A DNA stretch of 52,244 nt from Minisyncoccota bacterium (lineage in GTDB: Bacteria; Patescibacteriota; Minisyncoccia; Moranbacterales; UBA2206): contig JARLIA010000012.1 in NCBI GenBank assembly GCA_031291955.1, forward strand, positions 1-52,244. The letters run 5' to 3'. The notes beneath the pieces were generated by a model. That model was not told the DNA's origin, did not search any database, and saw nothing but the letters and a program-made list of their open reading frames with translations. A program made the position numbers and the translations under genes. Below are positions 33,117 through 41,913 of this stretch, piece after piece; the first letter of the stretch is position 1; each line of letters begins with the position of its first letter.

Positions 33117-33254
33117 AGTTTTCCTCCTGCAAATAGAAGACCTGTCCAGCAATTTCCACTCTGAAACTGAATCCGACAGATTCCGGATTAATTTTAGGGT
33201 GGCAATGATAAAAAAGAACTAAAAAACAATTTTGACAACCGGATTTATCCACAG

Positions 33255-34724
33255 TTACTTCAATTTGTCTTTCAGCATCTTCTCGGATGCTTGCGGGTTT
33301 GCCTTGCCTCGGCTTTCTTTCATGACTTGTCCAATCAAAAACTTCAGCGCGTTTTCTTTGCCGGCTTTGTAGGCTTCGACCGATTGGGCATTGGCGGAAA
33401 TCACTCCGTCCACTATCTTTTCTAATTCCCCCGCATCTTCCATTTGGGCCAGGTTTTTTTCCTCAATAATTTGCGACGGGTCGCCGCCAGTCTGATACAT
33501 CTCAAGCAAAACGGTTTGTGCCGCACTGGAATTTATCTTTCCCGCGGCGACGTATCCAATGAGTTCGGCATAATTTTCCGGCGTGATTTTGATGTCAGCA
33601 ATCGCGTGGCCATGATCGGACAAATGTTTTTTCAATTCGGTGAGAATATAGTTGGCCGCCAACTTCACCGCCTTTTCATCATCCGCCTTAATCTCTCCGC
33701 ATTCTATCTTCTCACGCAATTCACTGATCGTCTCTTCGAAATATTCAGCCAAATCCTTGTCGACCACTAAAACTTCCACGTCACTCGCCAGCAATTTGTA
33801 TTCTTCCATGAATCGCTTCGTTTTCTGGTCCGGCAATTCCGGCAATTTCTTTTTCAGCTCTTCAAAGTTTTCTTTGGTAAACTCGAGCGGCGGAATATCC
33901 GGCTCGGGAAAATAGCGATAATCATGAGCCGACTCTTTCACTCGTTGCGAAACCGTAACGCCCTTTCCCGAATCGAAGCCGCGTGTTTCCTGAATCACTT
34001 TTTCACCTTTCTCCAGTATTTCCGTCTGGCGTTCGATTTCGTAAGCAATCGCTTTTTCCACGAACTTGAAACTGTTGATGTTTTTCACTTCCACTTTGGT
34101 GCCGGACAGTTTATCCTCCCCTTCTTTGTATAATGAAATGTTCGCTTCGCAGCGCATCATCCCTTTCTCCATGTCAGCGTCCGAAATTTCCAAGTACCGA
34201 CAGATCTGCTGGAGCTTCTGGCAAAAAAGCCGCGCCTCCTCGCCCGTTTCGATGTCTGGCTCGGTCACCAGTTCCATAAGCGGCACCCCGGCCCGATTGA
34301 AATCGACCAGCGTATAACTCGTGCCTTTCGGATGGATCAGTTTTCCCGTATCTTCTTCCAAGTGGATACGGGTAATGCCGATTTCTTTGCCGTTGATTTT
34401 TAATTTGCCTTTCTCGCAAAGCGGCTGATCATATTGGGAAATCTGATAGCCCTTCGGCAAATCGGGATAAAAATAGTTCTTGCGGTCAAACTTCGACTGC
34501 AACCGCAGTTCGCACCCCAAAGCCAGTCCGGCTAGTTGCACAAACTCGATCGCCTGGCGATTGGGCACCGGCAACGTCCCGGGTTGCCCGGTGCAAACCG
34601 GACAGATGTTGACGTTCGGCTTTTCTTCCAAGCCCAGGCCGTTTTTCGAATCGCAAAACATCTTGGATCTGGTTTTCAGTTCCACGTGGATTTCCATGCC
34701 GATGACGGGAGTATATTTAGCCAT
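33255..34724 (-). CDS. gatB: Asp-tRNA(Asn)/Glu-tRNA(Gln) amidotransferase subunit B
   Basis: VIGMEIHVEL...NICPVCTGQPGTLP...NRAGVPLMELVTEPD, plus a C-terminal GatB/YqeY domain. Confidence 0.93.
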   Translation of the reverse strand: MAKYTPVIGMEIHVELKTRSKMFCDSKNGLGLEEKPNVNICPVCTGQPGTLPVPNRQAIEFVQLAGLALGCELRLQSKFDRKNYFYPDLPKGYQISQYDQPLCEKGKLKINGKEIGITRIHLEEDTGKLIHPKGTSYTLVDFNRAGVPLMELVTEPDIETGEEARLFCQKLQQICRYLEISDADMEKGMMRCEANISLYKEGEDKLSGTKVEVKNINSFKFVEKAIAYEIERQTEILEKGEKVIQETRGFDSGKGVTVSQRVKESAHDYRYFPEPDIPPLEFTKENFEELKKKLPELPDQKTKRFMEEYKLLASDVEVLVVDKDLAEYFEETISELREKIECGEIKADDEKAVKLAANYILTELKKHLSDHGHAIADIKITPENYAELIGYVAAGKINSSAAQTVLLEMYQTGGDPSQIIEEKNLAQMEDAGELEKIVDGVISANAQSVEAYKAGKENALKFLIGQVMKESRGKANPQASEKMLKDKLK

Positions 34725-34744
34725 AAAAAATAATTTAATTCTTG

Positions 34745-35167
34745 CTACTTGCCCGTACTCCCGAATCCGCCCGCTCCTCTTTGCGAATCATCCAAAGCGG
34801 AAACCTCCTCTATCTCCGGATTATATATCTTTTGGATCAAAATTTGAGCGACCTTATCACCTTTTTCTATTTTATAATCTTCCTGACCCAGATTGACCAG
34901 AATCACCTTGACTTCCCCTCGATATCCGCTGTCGATGACGCCGCCCAGCGTCTCAATTCCGAACTTGGCCGCAATTCCGCTTTTGTCCCAGATCAACCCG
35001 GCATATCCCTCGGGAATTTCCATGGCGACACCCGTCCCGCAGGCATATCTTTTTCCTGGCTCGATGATAACATTCTCGATCGAGTGAAGATCCATGCCAG
35101 CATCTCCCGGCAAAGCAAACTTAGGCATTTCGGCGTCCGTATGCAACTTTTTTACAAGCACTTTCAT
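34745..35167 (-). CDS. dut: dUTP diphosphatase
   Basis: AGMDL, GVIDSGYRGEV and the C-terminal RGAGGFGSTG motif are present. The start is placed at MKVLVKKL (the ORF extends to 35188). Confidence 0.9.
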   Translation of the reverse strand: MKVLVKKLHTDAEMPKFALPGDAGMDLHSIENVIIEPGKRYACGTGVAMEIPEGYAGLIWDKSGIAAKFGIETLGGVIDSGYRGEVKVILVNLGQEDYKIEKGDKVAQILIQKIYNPEIEEVSALDDSQRGAGGFGSTGK

Positions 35168-35201
35168 AGCTTTTTGATTATAGATCAACCGTTTAATATT
35201 T

Positions 35202-35714
35202 TCAACTGGCCGCTTTTTTCACCGCGTATCTCAATACGATCGAATCATCATTTATTTTTTCAATACTTTTCAATTTTAAATCGACATCAAAATCTCCCTT
35301 GAAAAGCCCCAACCCCTCACCGAAAATTTTCGGCTCGATTGTCACGATTATTTCATCGATCAATCCGTGTTGTAAAAATAATCCGTTAATATACGCTCCT
35401 CCGCCCAAAACAGCGGACTCATGTCCCATCTTTTCCAACTCGGCGACAACTTCTTTCGGCTCTCCCTTCACCCACTTCACTCCTTCGATCGGTTTCGGGT
35501 TTTTCTCCAAAGTGAACACGACATTTAGCCGATCATTCAATGGCGCTGGAAAAGTGAAAAAGGTCTTATCGCCCATAATGACCACCCCCGCTTCCTTGGA
35601 AATCTTTTGAAATAGCTTCTTATCCTCCCGACTCGTCCAGTCCGGAAAATGATCGCTCGTTTTGGCGATCTTCCCGTCCATGGTCATCGCCATCATCATT
35701 GTAATCCTGAGCAT
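35202..35714 (-). CDS. Dihydrofolate-reductase-family (RibD C-terminal domain) reductase
   Basis: MAMTMDGKIA...VIMGDKTF...LGGGAYINGLFLQHGLIDEIIVTIEPKIFG is the RibD_C/DHFR-like pattern. Confidence 0.75.
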   Translation of the reverse strand: MLRITMMMAMTMDGKIAKTSDHFPDWTSREDKKLFQKISKEAGVVIMGDKTFFTFPAPLNDRLNVVFTLEKNPKPIEGVKWVKGEPKEVVAELEKMGHESAVLGGGAYINGLFLQHGLIDEIIVTIEPKIFGEGLGLFKGDFDVDLKLKSIEKINDDSIVLRYAVKKAAS

Positions 35715-35778
35715 AATTTCGTTTTTAGAAGCCTTAAATCTCTTTTATTATAGCCGTTCTTAATCAATTTATCAAGTA

Positions 35779-35807
35779 TTGACTTTTTGAGCATCCTGTA
35801 TTATACT
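35779..35807 (+). promoter_or_regulatory. Sigma70-like promoter
   Basis: TTGACT, 17-nt spacer, TATACT, about 45 nt upstream of the GTG at 35851. Confidence 0.5.
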
Positions 35808-35850
35808 AATTTGAAACCTTACATTGACAACCAAAAAGAGGAGGCAACGC

Positions 35851-36354
35851 GTGAAAAAGACTATTGAAGAAATCGTAAGGGAATTTTCTGAAAAACTTCC
35901 GAAGTTTCCTGATGGTCGGATTGATTATTCAACCTCAAACAGCGCGCCGGTTATCATAATTTTCGTTATGGTCGGCAATGAGATTTTGCTTCTGAGACGA
36001 AGCACCAAAGTATTTGCCTATCAAGGCAAATGGAGTGCAAACGCCGGCTTCTTGGATAATGAAAAACCCATCCAAGAAAAGGTTACGGAGGAACTCATTG
36101 ACGAATTAGGAATCACCGAGGAGCGCCTAGCGTGGCTGATTACGGAGATTAAAATCTGTGAGTACTATGAATTCAGGGACGAGAAGTCCGGCAAGACTTG
36201 GATTAAAAATCCGGTACTTGTCAGACTAAAGGAAAAACCGAGCATAGTTCTTGACTGGGAGCATGACCGCTTCCGGTGGATCGAGGTGGATGAGCTGGCC
36301 AAATTCGACACGGTCATCGACTTGGAAAACGCACTCGAACGCGCTTTGAATTAA
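35851..36354 (+). CDS. NUDIX-family hydrolase (degenerate Nudix box)
   Basis: The GTG lies 6 nt after GAGGAGG (the ORF track starts at 35824). It has GKWSANAGFLDNEKPIQEKVTEELIDELGI. Confidence 0.7.
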   Translation: MKKTIEEIVREFSEKLPKFPDGRIDYSTSNSAPVIIIFVMVGNEILLLRRSTKVFAYQGKWSANAGFLDNEKPIQEKVTEELIDELGITEERLAWLITEIKICEYYEFRDEKSGKTWIKNPVLVRLKEKPSIVLDWEHDRFRWIEVDELAKFDTVIDLENALERALN

Positions 36355-36368
36355 AAAGCGCCTTTAAA

Positions 36369-36405
36369 ATGGGCAGGCTTAAATAGCTGCCCATTTTTCT
36401 TTTTC
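36369..36405 (+). terminator. Rho-independent terminator
   Basis: The stem atgggcag/ctgcccat is followed by tttttcttttt. Confidence 0.7.
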
Positions 36406-36438
36406 CCAGAATAGCCCGAAGCGGCTTTGCTAGCCATA

Positions 36439-36467
36439 TTGTCAACATCATATCCAGGTGATAATAT
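36439..36467 (+). promoter_or_regulatory. Sigma70-like promoter
   Basis: TTGTCA, 17-nt spacer, TAATAT. Confidence 0.45.
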
Positions 36468-36488
36468 GGCTATATAAGATAATAACGA

Positions 36489-37085
36489 GTGATCCCTATG
36501 GATGTTAAACTATCAAGTTTTTTAGGCAGCGGAAGACTTATTTCCACAGAAGATATAAACAAAATCACAACCGCATTAAAAAACAACGGTTACAAAATCG
36601 TGTTGACCCAGGGCGTGTGGGATCTTATTCATGAAGGACACGCTAAATACCTTCAGAAGGCGAAGGGATTTGGCGACATCTTGATAGTCGCGGTTGACAC
36701 CGATGAAGTGGTGAGGCATCGCAAAGGACCCAACCGTCCGATCGTCCCGGAAAAAGAGCGGGTTAAGATGATATCGCACCTGAAATATGTCGATCTGATT
36801 GTCATGAAAGAATCGAAAACCGACCACAACAAACTGATTAGGACCATAAAACCCGATGTTCTTGTCATATCGGATTCCACTCCTTCGAACAAAGAGGGCA
36901 AAAGCTTTTTTGATGAAGTGAAAGAAGAACACGAAAAATTCTGTGGAAAAATCATCAATCTGAAACCGCAATCAACCACCTCGACGACCGCGCGAATTAG
37001 ACTCCTGACTATCAAAGGAGCTGAGGATCTGGCAAAAGAATTGCAAAAATCCATAGAAAATTTCTTATATAACAACAAGATATAA
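36489..37085 (+). CDS. Cytidylyl/adenylyltransferase-fold protein (HxGH nucleotidyltransferase; TagD/RfaE-II/RibL-like)
   Basis: TQGVWDLIHEGHAKYL...ILIVAVDTDEVVRHRKGPNRPIVPEKERVKMISHLKYVD. Confidence 0.75.
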   Translation: MIPMDVKLSSFLGSGRLISTEDINKITTALKNNGYKIVLTQGVWDLIHEGHAKYLQKAKGFGDILIVAVDTDEVVRHRKGPNRPIVPEKERVKMISHLKYVDLIVMKESKTDHNKLIRTIKPDVLVISDSTPSNKEGKSFFDEVKEEHEKFCGKIINLKPQSTTSTTARIRLLTIKGAEDLAKELQKSIENFLYNNKI

Positions 37086-37102
37086 ACTTATAAACAACAA
37101 CT

Positions 37103-37954
37103 ATGCCCCCAAAAAAAATCCTAATCGCCTTGGTCCCCGTTATCCACATTAAATATTTGGAGCTATTCAAAAAATATCCGGACCATCTTTATATTTTAGA
37201 TGACACAATTCTGAAAAAATGGGATAAATTTGAAAACCTGAAAAGAGACCTCCGGACCATCGACCAGGAAACTATCTGCAACTTCGTCAAGAAGTCCGGC
37301 CTGGTGAAGAAAATCGACCTTCTGAAGCCGGATAAGTTGAAAGATATAACCGACCCAAAAGAAGATTCTCCCATCGTCATGCCAAATGAGGATGTATCCC
37401 ATTGGTTTGCAGAAAAATTCTTGCAGGACAAAAAAGTTAAATTTGAAAATGTTTTCCTTAGATGGAACAGGCCAGTTTCAACGCAGGAATTGGAAGTTTC
37501 CAGCGATAGGATAACAACGCAAGAAAAAGCCCACCAGGAGCTGATAGGCAAAGCCGATGAGCTGAAAGAAAAAAGCGCCAATTGGTGGCGACAAATCGGC
37601 GCCCTGGTCACAGATGCGAAAGGTTCAATAATACTTTCGGCCTTCAATCGCCATGTGCCCACTCAAGAAAATATGGCGGTTTACGGAGATTTGAGAATGT
37701 GTTTTGACGCCGGCGAAAATCATCATCTGTCCAACTCCATCCACGCGGAAGCTTCCCTAATTGGAAAAGCCGCTAAAGACGGAATTAGCCTTAACAACAC
37801 CAATTTATACGTCACGACCTTTCCTTGTCCGACCTGCGCCAAGTTGGTAGCCGAAGCGGGAATCAAAAAAGTTTATTATCAAAGCGGCTATTCCCTTTCT
37901 GACGCGGAAGATATTCTCAAGAATGCCGGAGTGGAAATTATTTTAGTCAAATAG
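37103..37954 (+). CDS. Deoxycytidylate (dCMP) deaminase domain with an unassigned N-terminal domain of about 140 aa
   Basis: The C-terminal half has HAEASLI (Zn His plus catalytic Glu) and PCPTCAKLV. I do not recognise the N-terminal half. Confidence 0.8.
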   Translation: MPPKKILIALVPVIHIKYLELFKKYPDHLYILDDTILKKWDKFENLKRDLRTIDQETICNFVKKSGLVKKIDLLKPDKLKDITDPKEDSPIVMPNEDVSHWFAEKFLQDKKVKFENVFLRWNRPVSTQELEVSSDRITTQEKAHQELIGKADELKEKSANWWRQIGALVTDAKGSIILSAFNRHVPTQENMAVYGDLRMCFDAGENHHLSNSIHAEASLIGKAAKDGISLNNTNLYVTTFPCPTCAKLVAEAGIKKVYYQSGYSLSDAEDILKNAGVEIILVK

Positions 37955-38011
37955 AATTGCATCAAAAAACTCGCAAACGATGCGGTTTTTTTGTTTGCTT
38001 GAATATTTCTT

Positions 38012-38452
38012 TTAACCGATTCTCGTGATAACCGGCTCTTCATTGTCAGCCACGACCAACTGGGCGTGCAAGTGTTGCACGGTCGCGCCTGTCATGCCAG
38101 TGCTGTCCGACCGCATCAAAAAAGTGCTATGGGTTATTTTAAGTTCTTTTTTTATTTTTTCAACAATATTCCACAGATCCAGAATTTCATCCGCTTTCAT
38201 TTCCTCGGGAATAAAAATATGGCGCTTGATCACAAGAATCAGATGCTCCCGCGTGTGTTCATATGGCCAAGCGTTTCTCGTTACCACCCAGAAATCAGTT
38301 TCTGTGAGAACAGGATTGGGATGATAAGTTGGTTTTTTCTTGTCGATAAAATCATGGCAAAAAGGACAACCTCCGTCGGCTATAATCTTTTTCATCAGCG
38401 CGATCTGGTCTTTTCTGCGGGCATTGTTCAGATCCAATCCGCTTTTATTCAT
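38012..38452 (-). CDS. HIT-superfamily protein with an HxHxQ (GalT/transferase-type) motif
   Basis: It has CPFCHDF near the N-terminus, ...WPYEHTREHLILVIKRH... and TVQHLHAQLV. Confidence 0.7.
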   Translation of the reverse strand: MNKSGLDLNNARRKDQIALMKKIIADGGCPFCHDFIDKKKPTYHPNPVLTETDFWVVTRNAWPYEHTREHLILVIKRHIFIPEEMKADEILDLWNIVEKIKKELKITHSTFLMRSDSTGMTGATVQHLHAQLVVADNEEPVITRIG

Positions 38453-38476
38453 ATCTTTACATTCATTGGTTACATC

Positions 38477-39454
38477 CTAAATCGGTGTCGGGATCTTAAA
38501 CCAAGCTTCAGGCTCATAATCATCAAGGAGGAAGTCTTCTTTGCGAAAATCTTGAAGTCTCGTCACGTCTCTATCGGTCCTCAGTGTTACCGTTGGAAAA
38601 GGTTTTGGCTTGATGGATAAAATTTTATCCACGGATTCCGCTTGAATATCATAATAGTGCGGATTGGATAAGAAATGGGTGTACTTGGTAAATTTATACC
38701 CCAAGAGATGCGCTACCATCAAACCAAGAGCAGACCACTCGATCAGATTAAGCTGCAAGCCCACCGGAACATCAGCCGATCTTTGTGTGTGCGTCATTTC
38801 CAATTCTTTTTGCTCATCAAAAAGTACAAAGTGGATAAAATTACCATGACAAGGAGCAACAACAACTTGGCGCTTGAAGCCTTGCGCTTCGTCTCCCATT
38901 GATAGGGGCGGATTCCAGGTGGTCAAAACGTGAGTTCTTAAAAACGGCGCTTTCTCCATTTGCCTCTGGACCGCGCTGACTTGATCAAATTCTCCCTTCG
39001 CGGATCGAAAGTGACCCAAAGAGGCTCCGTAAGACCCTTCCCCCAAATCGCCCTCGGGCAAACCGAATATCGCACACTTTTCTTTTGTGACCCAATCCTT
39101 CCAGAAAACTTCCGGACAACCATACTCTTTGAGACCGCCGAGCGTGCTTTGCCCATTTAAGAATGCCACCAGTTCCCCGATCGCACCGTAAAATGATTTG
39201 GATAAATCACGCTCCGTCAAAACAGGAAAACCATTACTCATTTTAAACTGCAACATGGCGCCGGTTATCTCTTTTGAATTCTGATGCCCGGAAGCGGCAT
39301 TCTCAGAAAGCCTGACGTGAATAGGCACCTTGTCCTTGCCTGTTGTTTTGATTTTTTTAAGCAATTCTTGATATTGAAAATCAGGAGTTCTTTCATTGTA
39401 TGGAATATAATCGATGCCGCCTTTTGTTTTATTTTGAGCTTCTTCTCTTGCCAT
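38477..39454 (-). CDS. thyA: Thymidylate synthase (ThyA) superfamily enzyme, divergent
   Basis: The catalytic APCH, TTWN, QRSADVPVGLQLN (compare ThyA QRSCDVFLGLPFN) and PHYY (compare THLY) are present. The N-terminal DRTGTGT and ELLWFL motifs are not conserved. Confidence 0.7.
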   Translation of the reverse strand: MAREEAQNKTKGGIDYIPYNERTPDFQYQELLKKIKTTGKDKVPIHVRLSENAASGHQNSKEITGAMLQFKMSNGFPVLTERDLSKSFYGAIGELVAFLNGQSTLGGLKEYGCPEVFWKDWVTKEKCAIFGLPEGDLGEGSYGASLGHFRSAKGEFDQVSAVQRQMEKAPFLRTHVLTTWNPPLSMGDEAQGFKRQVVVAPCHGNFIHFVLFDEQKELEMTHTQRSADVPVGLQLNLIEWSALGLMVAHLLGYKFTKYTHFLSNPHYYDIQAESVDKILSIKPKPFPTVTLRTDRDVTRLQDFRKEDFLLDDYEPEAWFKIPTPI

Positions 39455-39497
39455 TTTATTATTTTTTAATATTTTTTATTATCTCATCGTAATTATA

Positions 39498-40067
39498 TCA
39501 GACACTCTTTCTCATAAGCAACCGACTCATTATTTCATCCGCCTGATTGTGAATCCCTGCAATATCACCGGCATTAATAATCATATGATCCGCCATGGCA
39601 ATCGGTCCGGCCTGGCTCAAGTTTTCTATCTGCGCCCAATCTCGGCTTTGCGCCTCTTCCGGCATCAGCGGACGCGCCGCACGCTTTCCCAATCTCTCAT
39701 ATCTGACATTGGGCGGGGCATAAAGGGAAATTACGATAAAATTATCCGGAAAATTTTTCTTAAAAAGAATATATTCTGTCCAACTGTACAAACTTTCCAC
39801 CAAGACATGCTCAGAATTTTTGATAGCGTTAACTTTTTTAATCATCTCCTTGGCATAATGGTCTGCTCCGAATTTTTTCCGCAAACCTTCCCGCACCAGC
39901 CGCTCGTTTTTTTCATTTATTTCCAATCCTCTTCGCTTCATTTCATCAAAAGTCACCTCGCCAAAATATACTTTCGGCCAATGGAATTTTTCCAAAAGAT
40001 ACTTCATCAATTCTGACTTGCCCGCCCCGGGCAAACCGACCACGGCGATAATTTTCCGGTTTTTCAT
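39498..40067 (-). CDS. P-loop nucleoside/nucleotide kinase-like protein
   Basis: Walker A is GLPGAGKS. Size (189 aa) and the Arg-rich lid RYERLGKRAARP are typical of small NMP/dephospho-CoA-type kinases. Confidence 0.6.
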   Translation of the reverse strand: MKNRKIIAVVGLPGAGKSELMKYLLEKFHWPKVYFGEVTFDEMKRRGLEINEKNERLVREGLRKKFGADHYAKEMIKKVNAIKNSEHVLVESLYSWTEYILFKKNFPDNFIVISLYAPPNVRYERLGKRAARPLMPEEAQSRDWAQIENLSQAGPIAMADHMIINAGDIAGIHNQADEIMSRLLMRKSV

Positions 40068-40166
40068 ATAAACGATCTTTTAATCATCTTACTATTTTCA
40101 TTATTATCCGTCAAAAAATCCCGCGCTTGCGGGATTGTCGGTTTCATGTTATGCAAATAGTTCCTC

Positions 40167-40742
40167 CTACGCGCTCCGCGATTTCCTGATTTCTTCCATC
40201 ATCTCGTCCGTCTGTTTTTTCAGTTCTTCCGGCGTGCCATTGTTGCCGAGCTTGTAGTCGGCCTGGCGCCCGATTTCGTGGATGGAAACTTCCGTCAATT
40301 TCCCTTCTTCTTCCAAAAATTCCTGAAAAGTGGCGTCCCCCTCTCCTTCGTTTTGTTTCCGGGCTTTCGTACGCTCAAAGCGGAGCTTCAGATCGGCCGT
40401 CACATAAACCAGAAAAAAATTCTCGCCGTATTTTTTCCGGAACGGATCAACGTCGCCGTGCATCCGGATGCCGTCGGCAATGATCACATCCGATCCGTTT
40501 TTTTCCATATCCTTAATGAGCGAATCGATGATGACCGACGGACCATAGCCTTCCTTGAGAACCAGAGCTAATTTCACCAAATTGTCGCGCGTTACGCTCA
40601 CGTGCAGATCTTCCAAGGTGCGCCGCAGAATCTTGGACGTGCCATAGTGGATGGCGCCGTATTTTTCAATTAGATAATCGGAAACCGTCCCCTTGCCGGA
40701 ACCTTTTTCGCCGATGAGACCGATAACGATTTTTTCAGCCAT
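40167..40742 (-). CDS. P-loop (d)NMP-kinase-like protein
   Basis: It has GEKGSGKGT and IADGIRMHGD (compare the D-x-R motif of phage dNMP kinases) plus the lid RFERTKARK. Confidence 0.6.
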   Translation of the reverse strand: MAEKIVIGLIGEKGSGKGTVSDYLIEKYGAIHYGTSKILRRTLEDLHVSVTRDNLVKLALVLKEGYGPSVIIDSLIKDMEKNGSDVIIADGIRMHGDVDPFRKKYGENFFLVYVTADLKLRFERTKARKQNEGEGDATFQEFLEEEGKLTEVSIHEIGRQADYKLGNNGTPEELKKQTDEMMEEIRKSRSA

Positions 40743-40846
40743 ATGTTACTGATTTAAAATCACTAAGCCATAGTAGCAACAATTTTTCCTTTAGTCAATA
40801 GAAAAAAGCGCCGCAGCGCCTTTTTCTAAAAAATAAAACCAACAAA

Positions 40847-41536
40847 CTATAAAGTTATTCTCAAGCCCACGCCCATTGTAGACGTCAGGGAAATATTGCC
40901 AATCATCTTGCCTTTAAGTCCCGCCGGTTTGGCTTTCTCCACGCCGGACATGAAAGCTTTGACATTTTCAATTAATTTAGCGTCGTCAAAAGACAGCTTG
41001 CCAACCGCCTGGTGGATATTGGCCGAGTTGTCATTTTTGAAAGCGGCTTTGCCTTTTTTGAGCGCTTCGACTGTTTCTTTGATCTTAGTTGTCACTGTTT
41101 CCGTTTTGGGATTGGGCATCAAGCCTTTGGGTCCCAAGATTTTGGCGACCGGCGCGAGTTTCGGCATCATTTCCGGAGTAGCTACCAGAATATCAAAACC
41201 ATTTTTGGCGGAAAATATTTTACCGCTCTTGATTTCTTCAATCAATTCTTCGCCAGCCACAATGTCTGCGCCAGCCTCTTTGGCGTCTTTTGCGTGAGTG
41301 GTGGTGATGACAGCAATCTTTTTGCTTTTGCCTGTGCCGTGCGGCAGATCAACCGTGCCGCGCACTTGCTGGTCGCCTTTTTTCGGATCAACATTGGTCC
41401 TCACATGCACTTCCACCGACTCGTCGAACTTGGCAATCTTATTCTCTTTCAAAAATTTCACCGCCTCTTCGAGCGAATAAACTTTATTGCGATCGAATTT
41501 CTCCGCGGCCGCGCGGTACTTTTTTCCGTGTTTCAT
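40847..41536 (-). CDS. rplA: 50S ribosomal protein L1
   Basis: [15 protein letters not shown]...[28 protein letters not shown]. The ORF extension to 41599 runs through repeat sequence. Confidence 0.93.
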   Translation of the reverse strand: MKHGKKYRAAAEKFDRNKVYSLEEAVKFLKENKIAKFDESVEVHVRTNVDPKKGDQQVRGTVDLPHGTGKSKKIAVITTTHAKDAKEAGADIVAGEELIEEIKSGKIFSAKNGFDILVATPEMMPKLAPVAKILGPKGLMPNPKTETVTTKIKETVEALKKGKAAFKNDNSANIHQAVGKLSFDDAKLIENVKAFMSGVEKAKPAGLKGKMIGNISLTSTMGVGLRITL

Positions 41537-41556
41537 ATATTTTCGTGGTGATAGCG

Positions 41557-41590
41557 AATTACGTAATATATTACTTACATATGTACGTAC
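41557..41590. repeat. TTACGTAA-type motif block upstream of rplA
   Basis: The sequence is aattacgtaatatattacttacatatgtacgtac. Confidence 0.65.
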
Positions 41591-41670
41591 CTCTCCCACA
41601 AATTAAAAATAATTAAATCAAATTGAGTAAAGAGTGGAGCGCATGGCGCCCCGCTCTTCTATGCAGATAG

Positions 41671-41826
41671 TTACAGGATCAACCCGAAGACCGCGAGTGC
41701 TCCTCCGAATATAATAGCCATTTGACCAGATTCCTTCGGCCCAATAGCCACCGCGATTCCCACAATCCCCGTAAGCACCAGTCCTCCGAACCACCATCGT
41801 TTACAAAACTTCAAACATTTGGTCAT
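41671..41826 (-). CDS. Small (51 aa) two-TM membrane protein between rplK and rplA, below the ORF-track cutoff
   Basis: MTKCLKFCKRWWFGGLVLTGIVGIAVAIGPKESGQMAIIFGGALAVFGLIL*. There is a weak RBS aaaggtga. Confidence 0.4.
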   Translation of the reverse strand: MTKCLKFCKRWWFGGLVLTGIVGIAVAIGPKESGQMAIIFGGALAVFGLIL

Positions 41827-41913
41827 TTCTATTTCACCTTTCTGCGTTTGAAATTAAAGGAACGTCGATTTAAGCCACTGGAGAATTAAAATTTTTGCGA
41901 AATTACTGTTTGA

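Noticed and set aside
32835-33252. Overlapping ORFs 32835-33164(+), 32885-33091(-) and 33049-33252(-).
   Set aside because: Only the frame starting at the AGGAGG-preceded ATG at 33116 has expression signals and a terminator. The others are alternative-frame artefacts of the same region.
33245-33253. Perfect DnaA-box sequences TTATCCACA (33245-33253; reverse copy 26781-26789; near-match 5528-5536), two of them close to TTGACA hexamers. I considered whether this marks oriC.
   Set aside because: The boxes are isolated and tens of kb apart. There is no cluster, no AT-rich unwinding element and no dnaA/dnaN nearby. Single boxes are more likely chance or promoter-associated sites.
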